Positions 11,883 to 21,891 of a DNA stretch of 64,000 nucleotides are shown one piece after another (positions within the stretch are counted from its first letter, which is position 1; every line of letters begins with the position of its first letter). This DNA is from Amphiscolops sp. MND2022 (Eukaryota). Made by a program: the position numbers and the translations under genes. Location: NCBI GenBank assembly GCA_964187785.1, contig OZ076417.1, positions 16,740,001-16,804,000 of the forward strand, in the 5' to 3' direction. The notes beneath the pieces were generated by a model. That model was not told the origin of the DNA. It saw only the letters and a program-made list of their open reading frames with translations, and did no database searches.

Positions 11883-14800
11883 CTATTGCAGAGTGGTGTT
11901 TGTTTTGCGTAGAGCGTTTCGAGCAGTCGAGATTTCATGAATTAGAAAGTCTGAGTAGCGTTTTGGCTGAGGGTTTTCGCGTAGACTATATTTGCTTTTA
12001 TTTGTCCTTGTTGCTATCAGATTTGGCGTTTCGTCATCGTTCACCTGTTGGGGCGTCTCGGAGTTGGTAGGTATTTTTAATGGTTCTGGCGGTTTCGATG
12101 TGTCTTCAATGGTATCTTGTGGAATTATCTCATCGTTTTTATTGAAGTGCACCTGTGGGACATTTTGAGGTGGGTCGTCTATGACTATTTCTGGCTGTGG
12201 TGTTAACGACAGTCGGTTCGGTAGTCGATTTAGCGGTCTGTCGCGTCTGATTGCTTGTCTGTAATCTGGAGATCTTAGTCGAATGACTCTGTCAACTGGT
12301 GTTTCTTCATCAGTTTCTGGCTCATCCGGTTCCGAGGTTGTTTCGGGTTGTCTCGGTACGTGCGAGTCGAAAATATCAGAATCTTCGGTGCGATCCGTGT
12401 CAGCGTATATTGGTTGGTTACCAATGTCTACGTCTTTTACAGGGAACTCTGGTTTGAAAATTTTCAATCGTATGCGATGAACGCATTACGTCTTGAACGT
12501 TCCTACTTTCCGAATGATGTAGTTACTGTCGGATAGCACTTTCATCACTTTGAACGAACCCTTCCAGTGGAAGGTCTTGAACTCTTCTTTACAACCCTGA
12601 GAGTCGTATTTGGGGTCAAGTAGGAAAACAAAGTCGTTTACCTTGAGAGGTTGGGCTTTGGCTTTTCTGTCATAGTAAGCTTTGTACTTGTGGTACGCAG
12701 CTACTATGTTGTCGGTGTTGTCTCGGTAAATGTCGTTCATGCGGTCTAAGATTTCGTTGACGTCTCCAAATTTGGTGTCGACTCTTCTTTCAGGGTTAGA
12801 GTATTTTAGGTCCAAAGCGTTGTATGGAGTGCGTCCGTGAAAGATCTCAGTTGGTGAGCATTTCAGAGAAGCGTGGTACGTGGTGTTGTGGGCCATGATT
12901 GCTATGTCGACATAGCGGTCCCATTGTGGTCTGTCTACATTTACATGTATTTTTAAAATCTTTTTAAGTTTTGCATGACTTCTCTCGACCATGCCTATAG
13001 TTTGTGCATGTTTTATCGTTGCATGGGAGATTTCAATGCCGGCGGTTTTTGTGAGTTGTTCGAACAGTTCAGCGGTGAAAACGGATCCTTTATCTGTGAG
13101 GATGTGTGTTGGAACGTATGCGTGTTTGGCGAATACCGACAGAAGGGCGTTGATAACAGACTTTGTGTCAGGTTTACGCAGTGGTACGGCAAACATATAA
13201 CGCGAAAATACGTCGATTGCGGTCAAAATGTGGGTATAGCCGTTCGAAGCGGGCAGTGGTCCAACTATATCTATCTCCAGAAGGTCAGTAGGGCCGTTAC
13301 ACGGATCGTATATCTTCTGCAACGGCGGGCGGAGGTTTGATTCATTCGTAGATTTTGATCGCATGCAATTTTCACAACTTTCTAGAATTTTTTGTGTTTT
13401 TTCGGCTAAACTGGGAGAGTAGTAGCGTTTTCGTAGTTCATGTAGCATCTTTTTAGAACCAGGGTGTCCCTGCACGGGGTTGTTGTGGAAAAACCTGATT
13501 ATTTCTAACATCACTTGTTCAGGTACAACAATTTGTTTATGGGACTCAAGGCCTGTATGGTCATAAAAGATACGGTACAGGACTCCGTTTACATTTTCAA
13601 GGCGCTTTCGATTTTTGTGAAGTTTTTGGAAAAAAGTTGACATCAAGTTTACAGAGTGATTCAAGGTAGTTTCTCCAGACAAAATTTTTAACATCAGTTG
13701 TATGTCGCTATTTGTTTTTTGAGCTAAAATTAGATCGACTCCCCCGGAGGGGCTAACCTGCTTCGTTACTGGGTTTAGTAACGATGTTTTAATGATGAAT
13801 TTTGTGTACACTGGTGATTGATCATCAGTCATGAGTCGGTAGATCTGAGGGCAGCTTGTGTGGTCGTTCTCAGAGGCCTGTGGTGCTGATTTTACACAAT
13901 TAATCGTTTTGTCATCGTCATTAATTGTCGTCGTCTTCACGTCAACTGTTTTCATCGGTTTGCCATCGTCGAGCATCACTGTCTCAGGGTTGGTCACTTT
14001 CATCGTTTTTACATCGTGTGACTTCCTCTGTCTCAGTGGTTCGCTTGGAGGGAAGTAGTCTGGTTCATCGTCCTCCTGCTTTGGCGTCTTCGAGGCAATG
14101 TCAATCTCTATGTAATGGACTGGAATGGAATCAGTTAATTTTAAATGAACACGTTCTTCAGGTCTAATTTCCAATCTGGATAGGTAATCCGCCGCGGGAT
14201 TCTCGATACCTAGTACATGTGCTAAAATAAAATTAAACTGGAGTGTCTGGTCGCAAAAATTCCAAAGTGACGGTGGTATGTGTTTGGCCTGAAAGAAACG
14301 GGTGAGTGCTTTATTATCTGTCATTACAATTATAGGCTTCTTCGAACCCCACAGAATGTGACCGAACTCATCGAATGCGAAATGCATAGCCAAAAACTCT
14401 TTGGCGTACATTGTTAATGACATCTGTCCACCCTGAAATTTCTTAGAGCCAAAGGCAACTGGCGCGTACTTCTTTAAGCTACCCGATTGTGTTTCAGAGT
14501 AGTCTTCTATCAGAAGGACATAACCTGCTGCATGCTCACTCGCGTCACACATGATTACTAGTTGTTTGTCCGGGAGGGGAAGTTTCAATGACAGTTTAGT
14601 AGCCTTGAGTAAACTTTCGTTGATGTCAAAAATTACATCTTTGTGGCGTTGTTCTAATTTAAAAATGGTGTCTTTTTGATTAACTCGTGAAGAACGGCTG
14701 TTTTGTCGGCCAACCGGGGAATATAGGACCTGTAAAAGTTGACAAATCCTAAGTACCGTTGGAGAGCTTTAACTGAATTGGGTGGTTTGAGCTTTTTCAA

Positions 14801-17035
14801 ATAATCTGTTATTCGTTTTTCGATGGGTGCTATTCCGGTGCTAGAAATAGATTTGCCAAGGTATTCAATTTGCTGTTGGCCAAATTCACATTTATTCATG
14901 CTGAGTTTCAATCCAGCTTTGGTCAACTGCTGAAAAACAAGTTCTAAATTTTCAATCAATTCATCAGGCGTGTTTGCTGCTATGCCTATGTCGTCAACAT
15001 ACTGGGCACAGCGGTCCGCTTTGACCAAGGGGTCCAAGTACTCACGGACTACGCTCGTGAAGGCTGAAAGAGAACGGTTAAGACCTTGAGCTAGCCTAAG
15101 AAAGGCAAAGGTACGTGATCCAAAATTAAAAGACAAAAGTTGTATCGACTGCTCATCGGCCACTGGAATGCAATGGTAGGCCTGGGAACAATCTAGTTTA
15201 CAGAAGTATTTTTTTTCGGCCATGTGCTGAGCAGCGTCTGCAACAGTTGTAACTGGGTGGTTATGTTCTCCGTAATCGTTCTTGATCAGGTGGTTGATTC
15301 TCCGCAAGTCAACTAAAATCCTTAGTTTACCATTCGGTTTACGTTGTGCAAATATCGGTGAAGAGTATTTGCTGTAAGGAAGAGTAGTTATAATCCCGTA
15401 CTCCTGCATTAACGCTAATTCTACAGGCAAGTCATCTTTTAGGTTAGTGGGAGTAGGGAGACTTTGAGAGTAAACTGGTTCTTCATGCTGGGGAGTTAGT
15501 TTTACCTTAAAATCAGTATTCATGCCGATGTCTAAACGATGTCTAGCAAAAATGGAGTTGTACTTTACCAGCAACTCCTCTACCTGAGCTTGTTGAGACG
15601 GAGAGAGAAGCGATTCGTCCCACTTGAAGTTCTGCAGGAACTTGACTCGTTCGTCATGGGAGCGGGCGGGATCGAGCTTCTCCAGTTCTCTGAGAGCCAC
15701 AATCTCATCGAAAATGCGTCTTTCGATCTGGTTGAGTTTGTCTGGCTCACTACACGTCTCTGGCGTCGGGTACCATTTTGTAGACTTCATCTCAGGATTC
15801 ACAAAAAGTTGATTGATCACGGCTGCTGCATCCTCGGGGTGGTCTGTGATCAACTTCAAGTGCTCTACTGGCATCGGCGTTATGTTGGCTGCTTGATGGG
15901 GCGTTGGTATTCTGAAATTGGCCAGGTTCGTGTTGGCCTCGAGTGTGTACACGTGCTCATTGGGGTTGGTGACCTGAATCATCGTTTTTCCATCGTCTAG
16001 GTCAACCACTGCTGGAGACACCAAGAGGCACGTCTTGCGCATGAATGCTGGAGTCCCTTCGACCGTGCCAGTTGTACGTGATATGTCCGCGTCACTGTGG
16101 ACCTCAATCAGTACTTGATGGCGGGGAGGGATGATTGTTCTGCAGCTGGAATACAATTCAATTAATCCAGTTTTGAACTTCTTATTCGTCTGTTGTCTCA
16201 CTTGCATTGACATCATGTGATTAGGGAAATGGACTAGGTGATTTTTAATGTCCAGGTTGACAGAATATTTTTCGAAAAACGACATGCCAATCAGTATCGT
16301 TCCCATCGTGGGGAGGACTAAAAAGACTTCTTCAAAGACTTTTCCTGCTATGAAAAAGCGCAAAAGAACTAGTTTTCGAATCGGGACTAGATTGCCGTTG
16401 GCTATCTGAACTTTAAAGTTAGGGGGTGGTAGTTCGTCTAGCACTGCTTCAGGATGAGCAGCGGTGATTTTGCGTAATTCTGCTTCTGAGAGTGCGCTTT
16501 GCACTGCTCCGGTGTCTAAAAGACCTTGGTTCTCGTAATTGTTAAACTGGAGGGGGACAAACAACATCTTATCCTTTTTATTTAAATGTAAAGTGGGACT
16601 AAGCACGTGAAATTGGTTATTGGTTGCATGTTTTTTAGTTTTTGGAATACTATTCTTGTCGTTTGCATGTGTTTTACTACTAATTCGTTTTGTCGATTTG
16701 TCATCGGTTGAGAGTCGGTCTGTTGATTGTAGATGTGGGGACATCTCTTTGGCATCGTGCGCAGGCCTCAATGCGTCGTTATGCCTGTTCATCGTTTGCT
16801 CATCGTGTGAATTTTCCAATGGAGTTAACCTGTTGTTGGTTTTCATCGACTTCATCGATTGTTCATCGGGTTGTCTGTGTCTTCGCAGATAGACTTCGTC
16901 TGCTTTGCGGGAATCACCAGAGGGCTGCCAAGACCTCTGATGACGATTGTGTTGAGTTTGTCGAGTAGAGTGAGTTGTTGAGTCAGAGTATGGGTGCGCA
17001 CGTTGGTTGTTCGCGGAGTGAAATTGTGGCTTTAC
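11883..17035 (-). pseudogene. pol: Pol (protease, RT, RNase H, integrase) in the -1 frame relative to gag; one 1-bp frameshift near 14675 and one in-frame TAA at 12486-12488
   Basis: Protease LLDTGAVQS; RT QYVDDIG; RNase H MCDASEH; integrase H-H-CxxC (HNNPVQGH...CENC), LEIDIVGP, TDKG, MVERSH. ORFs 14654-16855, 12486-14588 and 11883-12467 join once one A is restored to a homopolymer and TAA is read as CAA (KT*CVHRIRL). Confidence 0.95.
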
Positions 17036-18522
17036 TGAAAATCCTGTTCTTCTGAGGACAGGTCTGCGTTGTCATCTTGGATTTCCAGTTGGTTCATTGG
17101 GCGTTGTTGTTGTTTTAATTCACGTCGTCTTTCTTTGTTTTCCTGGTCGTCAGTTCGTTTGTATGGGAGTTGTCCATATGGAGTGCTGGTTTGTCTGGGA
17201 ATTCGTTTTCGGCAATCTCTAGCGGAATGTCCGGTGTATCCGCAAATCTGACAAACGAGTTTTGGATTGTATTTCGGTTTGTCGTCTTCTTGTCGTTTGG
17301 CTGGTTGTATGGCGTCTGGTTTGGTTGTGCCATTAGCCTCATCTCGTTGTCTTCCTCGGCATTCTTGTTTTCTATGTCCCTGTTTCCCGCAGTAGAAACA
17401 TTTGCCTTCGAATCGTTTGGTCTCGGTTTTGGGTTGGGATTGGTCAGATCGGGTGAATTCTTTTTTGGTGTTGTTATCGGACATCTGGTTGAACGGCTGG
17501 TATGTCGAGGTTGATTGTTGTATAACGTTTTGGTACTGGTATTTTCGGAGGAGGTATGTTTTTATCTCTTCAGGGCTGCTGTCTTCTTTATTAGCCATTG
17601 TCAGCTCTTGTTGGATGTCTACGGGTAATTTCCCGAAGAGGAACATCTTGATACATTTATCAGCTTCGTCGCCATAGGCTTGTTTGGCGATTTTCTTAAG
17701 GTCTTTTAGAAAGTCTCCGAATGATTGAGTGGTTGGGTCGTATTTGGCTTCGTTCCATTTGTATCTGGCAACTTCCCTCATGTCTTCTTTTGCAAATTCT
17801 TTTCGGAATAGTTGGAGGACATCTTGCAGTGTCGTTGTTGAGCTTATAGTGATAGTTTGCCAAAAATCGATGGCCTCGTCTCGAAGTAAGCTCTGGAAGA
17901 AGTGGATTTTATCTTCTTCCGTGATTTTATTGGCGATGGGGCGGAAATGATTGAGTAGTAAGTGTTCGAACTCGTTGTATTTGTCTTTTGATCCGCGGAA
18001 ATTTGGCACGTGAGTTTGAAGAAGTTTTGTGTTGGTTTTCTGCAATTTTCGAGGCAGGTCCTGGATGGCGTTGAGCAGTGCAGATTCCGTAGTGTTGCTG
18101 GGTGCGTCTTCGTAGTCGTCTTCGTCTTCTTCGTCTTGGAAATGATGTCGTTGATTTCTGTGAGTCCTGTTGACTCCTGTCACCATGTTGGAGGTCCCTA
18201 CGGCGTAAGACGACGTCGCAAAGGAACCACCGTTTTGCTTGTTTCGTTCTTCGTTCTGACTTATGATCTTTTCCATAAGAGACTTCAGTATCGACATTTC
18301 GTCTTGTAGACGATTAAATCTTTCTTCGTTCGCCGTTTGAGTATGATCTTCGTTCGTCGGCGAATTCCTACCCGATTGGTTTATCTCTTCTGAGAAATTA
18401 TTTGAGGATTCCATGTTAAGATTGGGATTATTATTCGCGTCGATCGAGGAAGTTTCCGGTAAAGAATTAGATAATACCTTTCCATTTCTAAGTATTTTAG
18501 CGGATTCGATACTCATGAGCAA
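17032..18522 (-). CDS. gag: Gag, intact ORF of 496 aa (first ATG at 18516); begins inside the 5' LTR
   Basis: Capsid-like region (FEHLLLNH...IHFFQSLLRDEAIDFW) and two CCHC knuckles, CFYCGKQGHRKQEC and CQICGYTGHSARDC. Confidence 0.93.
   Translation of the reverse strand: MLMSIESAKILRNGKVLSNSLPETSSIDANNNPNLNMESSNNFSEEINQSGRNSPTNEDHTQTANEERFNRLQDEMSILKSLMEKIISQNEERNKQNGGSFATSSYAVGTSNMVTGVNRTHRNQRHHFQDEEDEDDYEDAPSNTTESALLNAIQDLPRKLQKTNTKLLQTHVPNFRGSKDKYNEFEHLLLNHFRPIANKITEEDKIHFFQSLLRDEAIDFWQTITISSTTTLQDVLQLFRKEFAKEDMREVARYKWNEAKYDPTTQSFGDFLKDLKKIAKQAYGDEADKCIKMFLFGKLPVDIQQELTMANKEDSSPEEIKTYLLRKYQYQNVIQQSTSTYQPFNQMSDNNTKKEFTRSDQSQPKTETKRFEGKCFYCGKQGHRKQECRGRQRDEANGTTKPDAIQPAKRQEDDKPKYNPKLVCQICGYTGHSARDCRKRIPRQTSTPYGQLPYKRTDDQENKERRRELKQQQRPMNQLEIQDDNADLSSEEQDFQ
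18173..18185 (-). promoter_or_regulatory. Primer binding site TGGTGACAGGAGT (probably tRNA-Leu type)
   Basis: Starts with TGG directly after the LTR terminal CA; identical 13-mer at 22082 and 51264. One mismatch to the complement of the 3' end of a typical tRNA-Leu (TGGTGTCAGGAGT); tRNA identity is inference. Confidence 0.85.
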
Positions 18523-19913
18523 TGAAAAGCAGGAATGTCGGATAAGAGTTGAATTATGAGAGTATGTAGTAAGACTAAGGCAATTATATACGTATTGTAG
18601 AACTAACAGAGAAAGTAAGCGTATCGTACTGGTATAGCAAATCGTGTGACTTAGTTGGTAGCCTTCTCACCAGATCGATGGTAAGACGCAATTCTTACCA
18701 TCGCTTCCTTCTCATTGGATGTCGGGTGAGTGCTAATTAGCACTTGGTCACGTGACCGGTTGTTTTGCATGCCGCAAGAGGGCTACCAATTAGCAATTGC
18801 GCAATAACACAATTCAAATCAATTATCATGAATTTATAATGAACTAATGTCAGCAAGCGCTCTCTGAGTCATGATAGTTACTGCAATTGCGCTAAGTCAG
18901 TGTCTAAAATGGATAGAATACAAATTCGGAGGCATGGGGTTGTATAAATGACAATTTGCTAGCACTGAATCGATAAAAGGCAAATTATGACAAGTTTTGT
19001 CGTTTATTCATCGTGGAACTGATTAAAATGCAAACTATAACAAGTTTTGTCGTTTTCCCATCGCTTTCACTAGTTGACCACGTTAGTATGGTAGTGGGTG
19101 AAATGTTGATGAATGAGTTCCGCTCTAGTGTTGAATTGATCAACTAGATGTGAAAACGATGAACTGAGTTATGGGGAGAGCACTGAATATAATTCTGGAG
19201 TAGTTACATCACTTTATCATCGTTAAAAGGTGATTTTTAGCTATAGATGGGAAAGCGATGAAAGATTTCCATCGCTTTTCCATCGTTCGTTGGTTTAGCA
19301 CTGTTCTTCAGGACTTAGAAGCGTAAGTGATGCATAAACGATGAAACATGTGGTCACAAGTATTCAATCAAGTAGCTTCATCGCTTTTACATCGTCTTTT
19401 CAATTCTCTCGTTTTTTGGTGTTCTGGTCATGTTTGAGCGATGTAATATGGATGAAACTAGTTAGATTGAATCAAATCACGAGTTCTAGCACTAATAGCA
19501 TCGTTATTTCATCGTTTCATGTATTTCAAAGAGAGGAGGCTTGTCACGCTAGTTTCCTCTGAGGCAGGAGTTCCCTAGCGAGTATCCATCTTGTCTATTC
19601 GTTATGGCGGTCCAGTTTGACCGAGAAACTACTTTCTTTTCTCGTGACAAGCCATTAAATTTACAATAGCATCAATTGCTTATTAGCACGATCATGAATT
19701 GCGGGCAAACGGAACTAGAATGCTCAGTATTAGATAAGTAAATAGCTCAAAATCTCAATGGGGGAATAGGGGGTTAGGTACAAGTAACGTAGGGTTGCTC
19801 ACAACCATAAATCTTATTATATGACATCATATTGCCCATATCTAAGTACATAAGACATATTATTTACATTACAGATATTTAGTAGATTATATTTCCATCA
19901 TGCTGGCATGACA
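18186..19913 (-). repeat. Element 1 5' LTR (1728 bp)
   Basis: Direct repeat of 3696-5514; followed immediately by the PBS on the minus strand and bounded by the ATAGT TSD. Confidence 0.96.
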
Positions 19914-20699
19914 ATAGTATAGTGCAAGAGCGAGAAATTTGGAGAGTACATAGGATTTCAAAGAATGTATGGTCGTTGAATGGAAGAATATTAGCGTTCA
20001 ATTCATCAAATTTATTGTTGAAAGTTGGGGTAATGTTTTCAATACCTAAGGATTTAACTTTTTGTTCTTTAATAGGAGTATCAAGGATATTAAACGAAAC
20101 ATTTGGTACTGCATAGGGAATTTTTTTATTTACCAATTATTGAATGGAAGTGTGAAGTGTAAAAATTACATTAAATGATAGAGGTACTTTGGCTTTGTTA
20201 GCAACTGTTAAAGTTGTGAAATCAGAATTAGATGGTGGTAGTTCTGAACAATTAAGGACGTGATCGGCTAAGATTGTGAAGCTGGACATATTAGGGAGAT
20301 AGAAGCACGATCACCGAGTAGGAAAAGGTGTTCTAATTTTGAAGGTAAAAATTTATCTTCGATAGATTTATACAGATTTCGACATATGAAATCATACAGA
20401 TTTGTGAACCATGTAGAAGGAGTAACAGCAGTGGCTTGGGGTTGTATTCGAGTTTGAGTGAGATGATTTTGTGAGTGAAGGTTAGGAGAAGTTGAGTCAA
20501 TATTGGGTCAAATTATGTAATATTGGGTAGACTTGTAATGTTTTAGTTTGAGTTTGAATGAGGCCGACTTCTATATCAATTCGGACGTGGCTTTGAAGGT
20601 GTGCGATATGGTGATTTATATTGTCTGAAAGAGTTGTTATAACTCATGGAGCGTTCATGAGAAGGCGAATAACGTTTGTTTGGACTACAGAATGGGGAT

Positions 20700-21750
20700 T
20701 TTGTGCATATAAAGTTTTTGTGCTTGATTTTTTCTTGTGTGATAACCACCATCGGCCATATTAACAAGAGGCTGGAATGACTTTTAACTTTTTGGAAGGA
20801 CCACGGGTGGAAATTTTATTTCAACTGAGGTTAATTTTCCAGGGGTTTTCATTCCCCAATTTTTGAAAACACTTTTTTTGTGAAATACTTGAAAGCAAAA
20901 AGAGCAATCATGTTTATACACGTGTGGCAGACAGTTAAATCAATTTGAGGCTGTACCTACGAAAGAGACATATAAAAGTGAAATACGTCTAGACTGCCAT
21001 CTTGAATAGATTGAATTTTTGGGGGTTGAGATCCGAGTTGAAATGTTACCAGAGCACTAAGGTGAGCAGGAATTTTTTGATTTAAGTCATCAAGTTCAAC
21101 AGGATATGAGCGAGCAGCAAATGGTACTGAGAGAGTCATTTGAAATAAATGCTGTGATAGTTGAAAAGCATTTTAAGATAAAGGGCACAAATCAAGCGTG
21201 GGTAAAAAAAAATTTGGTGGTGAAAGAGATAAGGTCTAAAGTTGTGAATAAATTGAAATTTATGTAGGAGAGATGCTTAAGGATCATATGAGTTTGGAAG
21301 TATGCAAAGAAACAGTTTGTGAAAGAGTATATTGATTGGGAAGTTCAAAGTGCAGGAGAGTGTTGAAATGCGGTCGAAAAGGAAAGTTGTTGTTGTGTTT
21401 TTATTGGTTGAGAACTTTGAATTACTCAGAATGAGTGTAAAGATTGTGGAAATAAAATAGGAGCTGTGTATTGTTATCCGGAACCTTTGAGGGAGAGACA
21501 AGGGGACTGGTGTAAATTGAGGTGAATTTAAAGTGGAATGTTGGGTTGTAAATGGACGTGGAGGTGTGTATCCAAATTAGGGTTAAAATTGCCAACGGTG
21601 TGTGGATTGCAATACATTAGCGGATGATGGAAAAGGTTGTGAAGAAACATCGAGTTTGTTTCAAGAGTTGGATGAAGTGTTCGTGTTGAGTATGGTCGAA
21701 CAGGAGTTGGTAGTTCAAGACATTTGTTAATGCTCATGGAGTCTGTTTAA
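20700..21750 (-). pseudogene. Highly decayed older Gypsy-like pol remnant
   Basis: Translated fragments such as HNFRPYLF (resembles the RNase H FRPYL motif) and an integrase C-terminal-like STRGPSKKLKVI; many stops and frameshifts. Confidence 0.4.
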
Positions 21751-21891
21751 TATATTTTAAGTGATCTACAGGAAAATTGAGTAAGTTGTAAAAGAATGTT
21801 TATTCTCATTTTTTCTTTAAATTATATTTCTAAAAGTTTCATAGGAAAATGTCCAATTTCACAGTTTAAAAATTATGGTCAACGTGCAAGT

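Larger units (their letters stand above)
3696..19913 (-). mobile_element. Element 1: full-length (~16.2 kb) Ty3/Gypsy LTR retrotransposon with a ~6.4 kb accessory region between pol and the 3' LTR
   Basis: Near-identical direct LTRs (3696-5514, 18186-19913) with TG...CA ends; 5-bp TSD ATAGT at 3691-3695 and 19914-19918; PBS; gag; pol in PR-RT-RH-IN order. Confidence 0.97.

Noticed and set aside
11883-12467. Chromodomain at the integrase C-terminus (also 57214-57921)
   Set aside because: The tails are Pro/Glu/Asp-rich low-complexity sequence without chromodomain aromatic-cage motifs.
12283-18309. Numerous 60-150 aa ORFs overlapping gag/pol on the opposite strand (also 52058-57282)
   Set aside because: Shadow ORFs of long coding regions with no recognisable motifs.
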